Origin: Octopus vulgaris
Lineage: Eukaryota
NCBI GenBank assembly: GCA_951406725.2
Contig: OX597825.1
Span: 7,626,001-7,690,000 of the forward strand
DNA: 64,000 nucleotides
Reading direction: 5' to 3'
Under the pieces are notes generated by a model. That model was not told the DNA's origin, did not search any database, and worked only from the letters and a program-made list of their open reading frames with translations. This document shows positions 25,748-39,449 of this stretch, in pieces. The translations under genes were made by a program, and so were the position numbers. Position 1 is the first letter of the stretch, and each line of letters starts with the position of its first letter.

Positions 25748-26066
25748 TATTGGGTCAACCCCAAAATAATGCGGTATTTTTATAATTCTTTTACTTTTTA
25801 AAATTAAGATAAATTTCTCTTTTAATATAAAATAGACTCTCGTTCATTTTTCTACAATGCTTTTCCATTTATCTGTGACAAAAAATACTCCTCCAGTACT
25901 GTTCTGACCTCATCTACAAAAATTAATATTTTTTCTGTCCGAATTATTTTGAAGACTGCGAAATTAATGATAATCAGTTCAGGTGAATATGATGGGTGGG
26001 GCATCGTTTCTCATTTGAACTGCTCCGGCCTTTGGAATATCATACTCGCTGTCTGGGGCCGAGCAT
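25748..26066 (-). mobile_element. mariner (DD34D-type) transposase 3' relic with a probable TIR
   Basis: Minus strand ARPQTAS...ETMPHPSYSPEL...DYH*FRSLQN...VDEVRTVLEEYF...DKWKSIVE; terminus tattgggtcaaccc next to TA. Confidence 0.8.
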
Positions 26067-26119
26067 ATATATAAATACATCTATGTATGTATGCATGTAT
26101 ATATGTATGTATGTATGTA

Positions 26120-26177
<58 letters not shown>

Positions 26178-26226
26178 GCTATCTATCTGTGTATCTATAT
26201 ATCTATCTATCTGTCTAGCTATCTAC

Positions 26227-26258
<32 letters not shown>

Positions 26259-26363
26259 ATGTATATGTATATATGTATATATTGATAGAAATGGTAAGAC
26301 AACAAAAGAATGAAAGAGACCTACATATTATGTAAATAGTAGATTTTTTCTGTAAATATAATA

Positions 26364-26457
26364 TGTGAAAATTATCCGGTAGCCATGATAAAGCTCCGAG
26401 TTTCGCCCCGATATCCGAACCTCGGAGTTTTATCATGGCTACCGAATAATAGTCACA
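26364..26457. repeat. Inverted repeat, ~40-bp stem with 10-nt loop
   Basis: attatccggtagccatgataaagctccgagtttcg / cgaacctcggagttttatcatggctaccgaataat. Confidence 0.9.
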
Positions 26458-27386
26458 ATTTACATATATATATATATACTCGGGGGGTAAACCTCGTAGT
26501 GTGCGTATAAATGTATTTTGTCGTTATTTGGCTACCACATGATATCCTACTGTGAGGTATATTCGAGAGCTAGATACATACCCGGAACTCCTCCTTACAG
26601 GAGATTAATACAAAGATAATATAACATAAGGGTGGAGGATAACAGGTTATCCGCCATAAGCTTATAACTAATATTAAAATCTGCTCGTCTGTTATATTAT
26701 CCGAACATACAGATGTGTATGTATGTGAATATGTGTTGTGGGTGTTTGTTAAAGGTTCGTGTGTGTAGACAAAGCTGTGTGTCGTTGAAGTGTATGTCTA
26801 ATGTATGCACAACTAAAATCACAACATTTTCTAGACTGAAAACAATGAAAAGGCAAGGCATAAACCTGACAGTGGTGAATAGATCAGACATGATCGCTGA
26901 TTGTTCTAAACATTTAAATAATCATTTTTGAATACATTAGTTATAGAATACTGTCCGCAAGTTCTTTCATAGGGGACACGGTTTAATATTATATCGTGCA
27001 GACGGCTGATGGTAGAGAGGTATTTCAGTGTTTGTATGTGCACGTGTCTGTTTTCGTGTGTGTGTAGGTGCTTGTAGGTGTGTGTGTGTGTGATTATTTC
27101 CGCTCATCTACATAGCAAGGTTACATTTCTATCTATTATGAAATGTATACGACACTGTTATAAATGGTTTTGCGTATATTGAAGTATATGCATATAATTA
27201 CACATTTACACACACACACACACAAGTATATTACCCACACACGTGTGTATATGTATGTATATATCGTATCCATCTTGACACACATACATACATCCATGAA
27301 TATCAACATATATATACTGATATATATACATATATATATATACATACATATATACATATATATATGTATATATATATATATGTATG

Positions 27387-27436
<50 letters not shown>

Positions 27437-27512
27437 TAATCCAAACGGGAAACAAAAAAACAACAACAATGGAACAATTACAGTATTATTATTAATAGGC
27501 GCTCAGGAAATA

Positions 27513-27582
<70 letters not shown>

Positions 27583-27783
27583 CATTTTCACTCAAACAAA
27601 CGTTTACATTTAAGAATGTATACAGGAACATATACACGTATGTACGTTTGTAACTTTGTACTTGTCTATTATGTGTGTATGCACATATTCATATGTATAT
27701 ATACATGTATAAATACATACACACGTACACATATATATATGCACTTATATTTATGTATATACATATGTATGTATGTACGTGTT

Positions 27784-27815
<32 letters not shown>

Positions 27816-28340
27816 CTTATACACACATATACATGTATACAACTATTTTAACATGAATAAAATACTTATCAACAAATACTTGCTTAATTTAAGAAACGTA
27901 AACCTAGTTTAAATGTTCCTATCTATGTGTGTATATACATGTTTGTGTGTGTATGCATATATATATATATATATATATATACATAGTGAAAGAAAAGATG
28001 GTTGATATAAATATATATATGTACATACATAAATCGTACACATCTCCAATGATGGTGGTAGGTTTATCAAAATTTACACTCATGAATATTCATAAATAAT
28101 TCCCTGATATAAGATACTAAAAAATATTTATCATTGCTGTTTTCAAAATGAGATGGAAAAAAAAATTACAAGACTAATTACGAAAAGTATACAATTCTAC
28201 TCTCACATATTGTTTGGCATCAGCGAAGAAACTATTTACATACGAAAAAGACAAGACTATTTATAGGCTAATCGTGAACTCATTTCGAGAGTGTCTACTT
28301 CATTTTAGGATATATATATATATATATATATGCATGTATG

Positions 28341-28445
<105 letters not shown>

Positions 28446-28499
28446 ATATATATATATATATGTATGTGTATGTGTGTGTATAATTCTACAATTTTTTTT

Positions 28500-28652
28500 A
28501 TTCTCTCTGTTTATTTTCTCTTATTTCTTTTTGTTGAAGAACGTAAGTTCGAAACGTAAAAGACTTTTTCGTTTCCCCTAGCGTCAAACTGATACACTTG
28601 CTTGTTGCTCATACACCTGTTTTCGTCTTTTGTTTTTCTATAAATTTCACAT
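28500..28652 (+). mobile_element. Second copy of the hammerhead-like short repeat
   Basis: Homologous to 1070-1222(-). Motif 28526-28563: tcttt TTGTTGA A GAAC gtaa GTTC GAAA CG TA aaaga. Confidence 0.65.
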
Positions 28653-29308
28653 ATATTTATATTCTTGAAGAGGTTGCCATCCTTAAGCCTATTTCATTAC
28701 AATGGAAATGACTAAAGGAATAAATGAATGGTGAATAAGAACGAGATCCCCCTTCCCCCTCTCCTCTCTCTCTCTCTATCTATCTATCTCCATTTTCATA
28801 GAACTTTAGCCCAAAAAACAAAAACCATGACCTCCTTTTCTAAACAAAATCCCTCAAAAATGATGTTTTATATAAATGAACAAGCAGTTTGTACATTCAC
28901 AAAATTCTATTTGATAATTTAGAGAAACAAACGGAAGTGCTAATAAAAATGAATAAATAGATTTTAACCAAAATTCTGGCGACCTTTCTCAATATATATA
29001 TTGAGCCAGATCAGATTTGACCATCTCGACTTTTGCACAAACTACAATAGCCTATGTGGCGATTATTTAATACGGAGTGCTGGTGGTGGAGGTTATGAGA
29101 ATTTTACTGCCCTTTATAAAAAGTTAAGCGACCACAAAACGGCTCGCTCAATGGCCGAATCCATCCATGCACCCATCCATTCATCCATCCATCCATCCAT
29201 CCATCCATCCATCCATCCATCAATCCATCCATACATACATATATACATACATAAATGCATACATACATACACATATACACAGACAAACATAGATACACAC
29301 ACGCACAC

Positions 29309-29380
<72 letters not shown>

Positions 29381-29660
29381 TGTTGTGTCCAGGGTGAGTC
29401 ATTATGGCAATATAATTGACACACACACTGGTCCAGTGCAACTCATTTATTAAATATCCGATATTCTTTGTTGGTGGTCGACACAGATACCACCCACAGA
29501 GTATACGTACACAGGTAGATTGATAAGTGGCCAGGGAGATTTATCATGTCAATACAAGTAGGTAAATCGGTAGGGAGGTAGGTGGGTATACATACACATA
29601 TACATACACATATAGATAATAAGGTAGATAGATAGATATATAGATAGATGGTTGGATAGG

Positions 29661-29728
<68 letters not shown>

Positions 29729-30530
29729 CGGGAAGGTATGTAAGTGGGTACATCGATAAAACGGACAGACAAACAAACACACGCATATAAGGTAACAGAA
29801 ACACATGACCATATATACACACACACACCACACACATGCATACAGATGCATACACACAAAGACACATATATACACACATGCATACACAACATGAACAGGT
29901 GCATACTCACACAAACTCATGCGCAGAAACATTCTCAAACACGCACACACAAGGAAACAGTGGCACACACACAAGCAGACACACGCGCACATACACCAAT
30001 ACTCAAGCACACTCACACAAAACCACACGAATATATAGAATAGATACACACGTACAGACACTCATACATAGATACATACATACATACATACGTACATACA
30101 TACACACGTACATACATACATACATACATACATACGTACGTACATACATACGTACGTACGTACAGACATACATACATACAGACAGACAGACAGACAGACT
30201 GACGGAAATATTAAACATACATAAGTTCATACATACATCCACAGCCACACGCACGTTGGCACTCACACACACACGCCACAAAATGTCAAATAGACAATCA
30301 AACGCGCCCTCTATAACGTATAGAGTCGATAGTTATTGAGAAGGTTGCAAAAATGCAAGGAAACAGCTTTGACAAAAAGAAATGGGATATTTAAAGGGTG
30401 GAATTGAACCAGTGTGTGTGTGTGTTAATTATATTGGCATGATGACCCTCCCTACACAAAACAATGTTTGTTTGAACTCACGAATTCACGTAAAGAATCT
30501 TGGAAACCAGATACAAAAAATGAAATATAT

Positions 30531-30580
<50 letters not shown>

Positions 30581-30912
30581 TGAGGGAAACACGCTACTAA
30601 GGAGAATCCAATAAGATTAAAAAATCGATATATATATAAATATATGTGTGTGTGTATATATATGTGTGTGTAGGTTTGGTTTACAAAAAAGGAGAAAAAG
30701 TAGAGCACACACAGACACACGTGTGTGTGTGTGTGTATGAGCTTATCATTTAACTGTAAATCTCCGTTGACGAGTCTAGAGCCAAGAGCAATTCGGTTGT
30801 AAGAAGTGACCTCACTTGATACATACGAGCGACCACCTCAACCTTTTCTGTAACCTTTACCATGGAGTGTGTTTGTTTCTTTGTTAGCCCCGGTGGCTAA
30901 AAATGAGGTCAT

Positions 30913-30977
30913 TCTTCTTCTTCTTCTTCTTCTTCTTCTTCTTCTTCTTCTTCTTCTTCTTCTTCTTCTTCTTCTTC
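30913..30977. repeat. Pure (TTC)n microsatellite; tail or target of the adjacent Dong/R4 element
   Basis: Direct reading. Confidence 0.95.
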
Positions 30978-31289
30978 ACTTTTAATCTGCATGTTTGTTA
31001 CAATCACATTCTGAGACACACCCAGCGTTTTACGGCGAGTGAAGGACAAGAGATGTTACAGTATGACTGAAAGCTGGGTGGGGGGAAGTGGCAGGGACAG
31101 CAGCGAAATATCTTCATGTGGTAAAACACATACATTTAAATTGATAGGGTTTTTCTAAGGATGTGAGCAGTACTTGCCAGTACAATCTTTTGGATTTCTC
31201 TGAGACATGGTTCTCCTGGGATATTATCTAGATGTTTCTGATATCCTGGGATATCTAGATGTTTTTGATACCCCTTTCTTATCCCTTTC
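30978..31289 (-). mobile_element. 5'-truncated R4/Dong-clade element, second lineage, ending in (GAA)n
   Basis: Minus strand YQKHLDNIPGEPCLREIQKIVLASTAHILRKTLSI* (stop at 31136); ~25-bp duplication near the 5' junction. Confidence 0.8.
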
Positions 31290-31782
31290 TGTTGTTGTTG
31301 TTGTTGTTGATGTTGTTACGTAATGAGGAGACAGTTGAGGGAAGAATCAACACATCGTAGCCGGATATGTTTACCCACCGTCTTCCCAGGTTCTATAAAA
31401 CAAATGCCCTCGATATGGGCTCAATATAATTGCCTCTATCCCCTGCCTAAATGTCTGCTCTCATGCACAGGTTGGGGAATTCTTTTTCTTTTTCTTTTAT
31501 TTTCTTTTCCCAACCGTTGTGTTGCAGAATGTCTCCTATGCCGAAGTTATTGCAATATAGATTTTATTTACGTAACTTTACAAGCTGAGTTCACATCTGG
31601 CGGATGCTGCCAGCGTCTCTCATTTTTCCATGATGAATGTACTAGTTTCTGTTTCTCTCTCAAGACATGTGCCGTTTGGTCAGTATGAAATCAACAAGGT
31701 TACATCAATATCATCAAATATATTTTTCTACTCCAGAATAAAGACCGAAGACTGTCACTACTTAATTATGCTACTTCTATTC

Positions 31783-32198
31783 TACTCTAGGCACAAGGCC
31801 CGGTAGTTTTGGGGAGGGGCCAGTCGATTATATGGACTTCCAGTACGCAACTGGTATATAATTTATCGACCCCGAAAGGATGAAAGGCTCGGCGGAATTT
31901 GAACTCAGAACGTAAAGACAGACAAAATACTGCTAAGCATTTCACCCGGTGTGCTAACGTTTTTACCAGCTCGCCGCCTTAAAATATTCTTTTCTACTTA
32001 AGGTAGAAGACCCGAAATTTTTGGGGAGGACGCCAGTCGATCAGATCGACTCCAATACGCAACTGGTATTTAATATATCGACCCAGAAAGGATCAAAAGT
32101 AAAGTCGACCTCGGCGGAATTTGAACTCAGAACGTAAAGACAGGCGAAATACTGCATAGCATTTCGTTGGTGTGCTAACGTTTCTGCCAGCTCACTGC
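31783..32198 (-). mobile_element. Head-to-tail dimer of two complete SINE A monomers within one TSD
   Basis: Monomers ~31783-31980 and ~31990-32198. Flanks cttaattatgctacttctattc (31761) / cttaaatatgctaattatattc (32199), 19/22 identical. Confidence 0.85.
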
Positions 32199-32775
32199 CT
32201 TAAATATGCTAATTATATTCCTATTGTAGACGCTTGCTTTTTAAAAATGATTACTAAGATTAACTTAAACAACAGCTAAGCAAAGATGTTAATTGCATTG
32301 AGTTTTATAAAACTAAATTTAGAATATTGGAATATATTGAAATGTATCGTTGGTCCGACAGTCGTTCTGTTCTTCTACTTATGGCTTCCCTGTTGAGTAA
32401 TATGTTTGCTCTATCTTTGAGAAATGATAGCAATATATGCCAATAGCTTGGGAGTGAATTAATGCCGTTTCCACTTCTACAAACCACTCAGGTGTTTATT
32501 CGAATCAGTTCATTGAATGCTGACAGAACAGACATTTCTTGCTGCTTCAGTGACAAACTGGGGATAGCCTTACAAACAAGGGACTTTCCTGTTGCTTGCA
32601 GTTCTTAATGTAACACCAAGTTTCCGGTATGACGGAAATTACACCGATTTTGAGGTGTTTTCCAGTGACTGGATTGGATAGGCAAAAAGCTAGGGTGGTC
32701 ACAACAGGGATGCCTTTGAGCGTTGATATATCCGGTCATCGACAACCCAGGGTTATATGGGTTTATGTTAATACC

Positions 32776-33006
32776 TATTTCTTTATTACCCACCAGGGGC
32801 TAAACAGAGGGTACAGACAAGGACAGACACACGGATTAAGTCGATTACATCGAACCCAGTGTTTCACTGGTACTTAATTTATCGACCCTGAAAGGATGAA
32901 AGGCAAAGTCGACCTCGGCGGAATTTGAACTCAGAACGTAAAGACAAACGAAATGCCGCTAAGCATTTCGCCCGGCGTGCTAACGATTCTGCCAGCTCGC
33001 CGCCTT
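32776..33006 (-). mobile_element. Full-length monomeric SINE family A with perfect 15-bp TSD
   Basis: TSD gtttatgttaatacc at 32761-32775 and 33007-33021. Confidence 0.9.
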
Positions 33007-33394
33007 GTTTATGTTAATACCGTCCTTACTAATTACAAAGACACTGCCATATATTACCTGTATCAAAGCTCAATATTTTATCGAGTTGCTTCGATTAAAA
33101 GAACTCGCGCTTTTAATAATAATAATAATGTAGCCATGGCAACGAGAGTGGCTGCACCCACGCTACTCTCACCCCTAGCGACAAGAACCACGAGAGCAAC
33201 GATTACATGAAAAACAGCAGCGCACAGAGACAACAAAAACAGAAACTATAAAAGTAGATAATAAAAAAAAACACACACAAAGTTTCAAAAATCGAAAACA
33301 ATGAGAAACAACAATAGAGATGACCAAATCAACATCAATAACAAGAACAAAAACCGCTGGAAAAACCACGACTATCACTACAGTAGCAGCAGCT

Positions 33395-33427
<33 letters not shown>

Positions 33428-33672
33428 GTAGCAGCAGAAATAACAAAAACAGTTAAAAGATAGTGTTGTTTAGTAATAATAGTAGCAAGAACAGAATATG
33501 ATCAGATACAATGTTTCTGATACAAAGTTGCTGAGTCAGTTTATGATGTGTATCTTAATTAAAATCACCGCTTTTATGAGTTGGAATATTTAATTATCTA
33601 CTGAGTAACTGGCACAAATTTACACCATTAATCTCTCTCTCTCTCTCTCATGTCGTGTGTATATATGTATGA

Positions 33673-33750
<78 letters not shown>

Positions 33751-33948
33751 TTATGTACACACATATATTTGCACATACACACAAACGTACTTATATATAT
33801 ATACATACGTATATATACATATATATTTATACATACATACATACATTCATATATATATATATATATATACGTATATATACATAGATATACATATATATTT
33901 ATACATACATAGATATACATATATATTTATACATACATACATATATTT

Positions 33949-34005
<57 letters not shown>

Positions 34006-34469
34006 TCAACATGTGTGTGTGTTTAACAAATAATGTTGAAAAGACTACTACGTGCCAATTTATTGTTATTTTTATTAAGGTTTCCTCGTAACGGCTTATG
34101 AGAACCTTTTAGTTCGTTTGCAATAATAAAATTTCGGAATTCAGCTTTACCAACGCTTTCTGTCTCTCTCAGCCATGTCTACAGGAAGTGAAGTAACTTT
34201 GGCTTCCGAGTTGCTGTGTGTCTTATTAGGCAATTATTCTTATGCAAAATTTCCCGCCAGTCTTTAAGATCAACGTTTTCGGATTTTCTTTTGCCTAATT
34301 TGTATGTTAACTGCAGCCTCGTGCTGCGGTATGAGTTTTATTTCCATAATTAATAATCTACTTTGGGATAGGAGTAGGGCAGAACACTCTACGGTACCAG
34401 AGTATGCTCTACTGAAATATTCCTATCCACCTTTGCGTTATGGTAGACGGGACAGAGCGGTGCAAAGTT

Positions 34470-34985
34470 TGGCACAAGGTCAGAAAATTTGGTAGAGGTT
34501 GTAAGCTGATCGCATCGACTCCACTACGCAAATGGTTCTTACTTTACCGACTCCAAAATGACGAAAGCAAAGTCGACCTCGTCGGAATTTGAGCTCAAAC
34601 CGTGGAGAAAGCTGAAATTCCTTTCTACTCTAGGCACAAGGGCCGAAAGTTTGGGGGAGGGGGCCAGTCGATTAGATCGACCCCAGTACGCAACTGGTAC
34701 TTAATTTATCGACCCCAAAAGGATGAACGGCAAAATCGACTTCGTCGGAATTTGAACTCAAGCTGTAAAGAAAGATAAAATTCGTTTCTACTCTAGGCAC
34801 AAGGGCTGAAAGTTTGGGGGAAGGGGCCAGTCGATTAGATCGATCCCAGTACGCAACGCAACTGGTACTTAATTTATCGACCCCAAAAGGATGAACGGCA
34901 AAGTCGACTTCGTCGGAATTTGAACTCAAACCGCAAAGAAAGACGAAATGCTGCTCCACATACTGCTTGGCGTGCCAACGGAATG
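34470..34985 (-). mobile_element. SINE family A array, three tandem body units (~150-165 bp, alternative tail)
   Basis: Repeated ggcacaag...gtcgattagatcga...tttatcgaccccaaaaggatgaacggcaaa...gaatttgaactc. Confidence 0.85.
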
Positions 34986-35335
34986 TATGTATGTATGTAT
35001 GTATGTATGTATGTATGTATGTATGTATGTGTGTATGTATGTATGAATGTATGTATGTGTGTGTGTATGAATGTATGTATGTATGTATGTATGTATGTAT
35101 GTATGTATGTATGTATGCATGCATGCATGCATGTATCTATGCATGCATGCATGTATGTATGTATGCATGCATGTATGAATGCATGCATGCATGTATGTAT
35201 GTATGTATGCATGCATGCATGCATGTATGTATGTATGTATGTATGTATGTATGTATGTATGTATGCATGCATGCATGTGTGTATGTATGTATGTATGTAT
35301 GTGCGTATGTATGTATGTGTGTATGTATATGGGTG
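34982..35335. repeat. (TATG)n/(CATG)n compound tetranucleotide array
   Basis: Direct reading. Confidence 0.95.
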
Positions 35336-36057
35336 TGTATGCTTATATCAATTAATGAACGACAAAATATCGTGAGTTACACAATCACCTTTAGCTTACA
35401 CCTGTTTCTGCTCTGAAAAACATTGCACTCGGGTTTCAGTTTCTGTGCAATATCCTTTCGCTTCCTCGGAGTCATTTAAATGAAATGTATGTCTATTTAG
35501 GAAGCATCTAACTACTTTAAATCTTTACATATGTTTGCTTATGAATGTCTACTTGTATGTACAACACATGTATACAACCAAAAATACAAACGAAAACATA
35601 CACACACACACTTTGTGAGTGTGTGAATGTATATATAAATGTGTATCTATAAACAAATATCATATATGCATTTTATATTATGAATACAATTAGCTATATT
35701 AATATATCGATAAGTATTCTTTATAATTCAAATATAATTTTCATTCGTATTAATTTGCATATGATTTCATACTTTAGTTTTATAGCTTATTAATATCTAT
35801 TTTACATTGAGATAATGAATGTAAATTCTGTGGAATCGTATATCAATAATTATAGCAAACGTTGATATCTATTCTAAATATAGGTTATACTAATATCCAT
35901 ATTTTATACTTCTCAGTTATTATTGTTTTATTACTATATCTGCGCTTAGAAGATAGCAAACCGCGCGCGCTTTACCATTTCTATTGTGTGTGAATCACAC
36001 AACCTTGTGCTGATGGAACTTTAACAAAATCTCTCTTATTAAAATCTGACTCATTAA

Positions 36058-36272
36058 CCCTTTTGATGCCAACTTGCCTGAGACTATCTCTGGTTCTTAG
36101 CACAGACATCATGTTTTCAAATATTCCGAATTAAAGTATTCCATAAAAACTTATCGATAATTTATTTTCCAAACACTAGCTTAATAATAATTAAGTAATT
36201 TCACTTCATCATATTTAGAATTAATTGAAGTAAAGCCAGTGTATCACAACTGAAATATACTAGCATGAACGG
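36058..36272. mobile_element. Old diverged copy of the piggyBac-like MITE
   Basis: TTAA-CCCTTTTGATGCC start; colinear blocks (gaattaaa, aacactagcttaat, ttaattgaa) with 14173-14394. Confidence 0.65.
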
Positions 36273-37218
36273 TTCTTGTCCTCTTCCGACAGACGAACTG
36301 TACGAAAGACGGTTCTCAAACAATTCTCTGCAGCATACATGAGCGGTGCAAGAAATGAGTAGATGCTTCGTAGAATTTTAGAAAATACTATTTACCAATG
36401 TCTGGGTGTTATCCTGATAAAGTATCTTCTACTATAGCTTCGGGCCGACCGAAGCCATGTAGTTGGACTTGGTTGACGGAAACCGAAAGAAGCGAACGTA
36501 GTAACACGGATTCCATTTTGAGACATAATCTCCCCATTTCAATGGCTTCTAAACCTATACAATTACACACAGAAATATTCTACAGTAAATCACATTGTCT
36601 AAATTCTATTTTCTTTTGATTTATTTCATTACTTCAATGCTTCTCCATATTGGTCGGAAGAAACAGCATTAAACATCATTCTTTCTGTCTGAAAATCTTC
36701 CCGCCACTGGACGTGTGTACACCACTTTATTTTACATATTACATCCACCTCTATAGAAGTTAAATCTCCTGGACAATCACCTTCGATTCTCAAGGATTGT
36801 CGGCGATGATATTACGTGTTTCAATGTAGTTATTTGATTATTTTTACATTGGTAGAGGAACATATTAAATAATATTGATTTTTTGCCATGCGAGGTTTCC
36901 AGTTACTCAGTAGTGAAAGATTAAATATCTTATACAGCATCGTATCAAAACCGGTTATCGGCTCTGCTGCCTCTTAACTGGTTAGAAGATGCTCAATAGA
37001 GAGACAAGCTCGAGACACTAAGCAGACATTTTACGTCCAACTGTTAAATTGATGATACATTCGATGACCACATTGTTGCGTTAGAATGATGTTCTGGCAA
37101 GTGGTGTGATATCCACACACGCACACAAACTGTCGCACACTGTCGCACACACACACACACACACACAGATACAAAGGCATTACAATTGCACCACACTTCC
37201 ATATAAAGAAACCAGTCC

Positions 37219-37256
<38 letters not shown>

Positions 37257-37959
37257 TTACGGGTACAAACATGCATGCACGCACACACAAACACAGACGC
37301 AAGCACATTCATACAAACACACTCACACGCATGCTCAGATATAGTTCCAAGTATAAATTTCTGGCGCCTACGGACATACTTTCATGTATAAACGATTGCA
37401 TTTCTAGGTGTTACAATTGCATATGTACGCATATGTCTGTATGTATATATGTAAACTTGTGTTTATATATATATATATATACACATACACACTAACAACT
37501 AAATGAATAAATACGTCACACTACACACAGGCATACCTAGGTACACACATCCATAGAAATTTTCTTCATAACATTTCCTGGCATAATCTCTACGGAATAT
37601 GAACAAAGAAAAGATGTTCTTGGCAACAAAAGGCAAATGACCAGTTGACCAGTTGATACGGAATCCTACGCATCAAAATCATGAAGCAGTTATTAGGAGA
37701 TGTGTGTAGTTATCAAGGGAACGTATCGTTTTTGCCTCACGTCGGCCCCGATGAAGAGCCAGATATGATCAAAAGCGCTCAAGTTATGACCATCCATTCT
37801 TATATTGAGGAATTAGATCCACTGCACTGTATTATATATTGAGTTTTTCATAAGAAAATCATTGTGGCTTGAGAAAGATTTTGCCGTCATTTGTATGGGT
37901 TCTAGCTATCACGTAGTCTTTCTTTGACCAACAATGAAACTTTATATGAATATACACAC

Positions 37960-38020
<61 letters not shown>

Positions 38021-38266
38021 GTATATATATATATGTATATATATACACATACATATATGCATCATAAATACGATTCACACATATATGTGTATATGCGTAT
38101 CTGTACATATATATATATACATGTATATGTGCGTATAGTGCGCATAGAAATATATTTGTGTGTGTGTGTGTCTGCGTGTAATATATATGCATGTATATAA
38201 ATATAATTATATACGTATACATATACATAAATATATAAACTCACAGACATACATATATATATATGT

Positions 38267-38267
<1 letters not shown>

Positions 38268-38355
<88 letters not shown>
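38268..38355. repeat. (TAGA)n microsatellite (others at ~26120, 29660, 46790, 57000, 60860)
   Basis: Direct reading. Confidence 0.95.
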
Positions 38356-38356
<1 letters not shown>

Positions 38357-39180
38357 GTAGATGCATATATAATCCATATATTATATATATATATGCATAT
38401 TTATGCAGCTATCTATCTGTTTGTTAATCTCTCTCTCTTTCTATCTATCTATCTACACACATATATACATACACACACACACATATATGCATATACATAT
38501 ATACAAATATATATAAATACATATGCATATATATTTATGAATGCGTATATATATATACATGTGTATGTATGTATATATATGTGTGTGTGTGTGTGTGTGC
38601 GTACAATTTATGTGCACGAATCGCAGACATTTTGGTTTCAGTAAAAATGCCATGTAATAATCGATTGATTTACACAATGTAGGTTCTCCCTCTGACAGCA
38701 GCTCTGTCAAAACAAGCCAGACACTCCACAACTTCAGCGAACAACTAATACTATTTACTGACCATCGGAAACAACCTTGTCACTCACTCGTTGTCCAAGT
38801 CGTGCCTTGTCAAAGCAAATGGACAGCTTAAGAAAACAATTCACTGATGCTTTCACACTCTGCTTCATACATACATACTTAGATTCATACATGCATACAT
38901 ACTTAGATTCATACATGCATACATGCATACGTATGTAGATTCGTGCATACGGACATGGCATGCTTGCATAGATGCATGCATGTAAATATACATAGGTGCA
39001 TGCTTACATTAAAACACATGTCCAGAAATATTTAAACACTCGTTCTACACTCACGCTCAGAGACATACCTTGACATCTCCGCATCTGCAGCCACATTTGC
39101 ACGTACCCTCGCACGCAATCAGATCTTCATATACATATGTATGTATATCTATATCCATGTGAGTGTGTGTGTGTATATAT

Positions 39181-39212
<32 letters not shown>

Positions 39213-39378
39213 GAATATATGTGTATTTATGTATATATACATAATACATATGTACGAGCATATATATATATAGATATAGATAGATATATATACATATACA
39301 TTTTTGAATGTATATATATATATATATACATACATACACACACATATATATATATATTATATATGTACACATACATGT

Positions 39379-39449
<71 letters not shown>

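Noticed and set aside
31480-31690. Polypyrimidine tract plus TTGCAG acceptor at 31528 as an exon
   Set aside because: No convincing donor or recognisable peptide; cannot be supported without RNA data.
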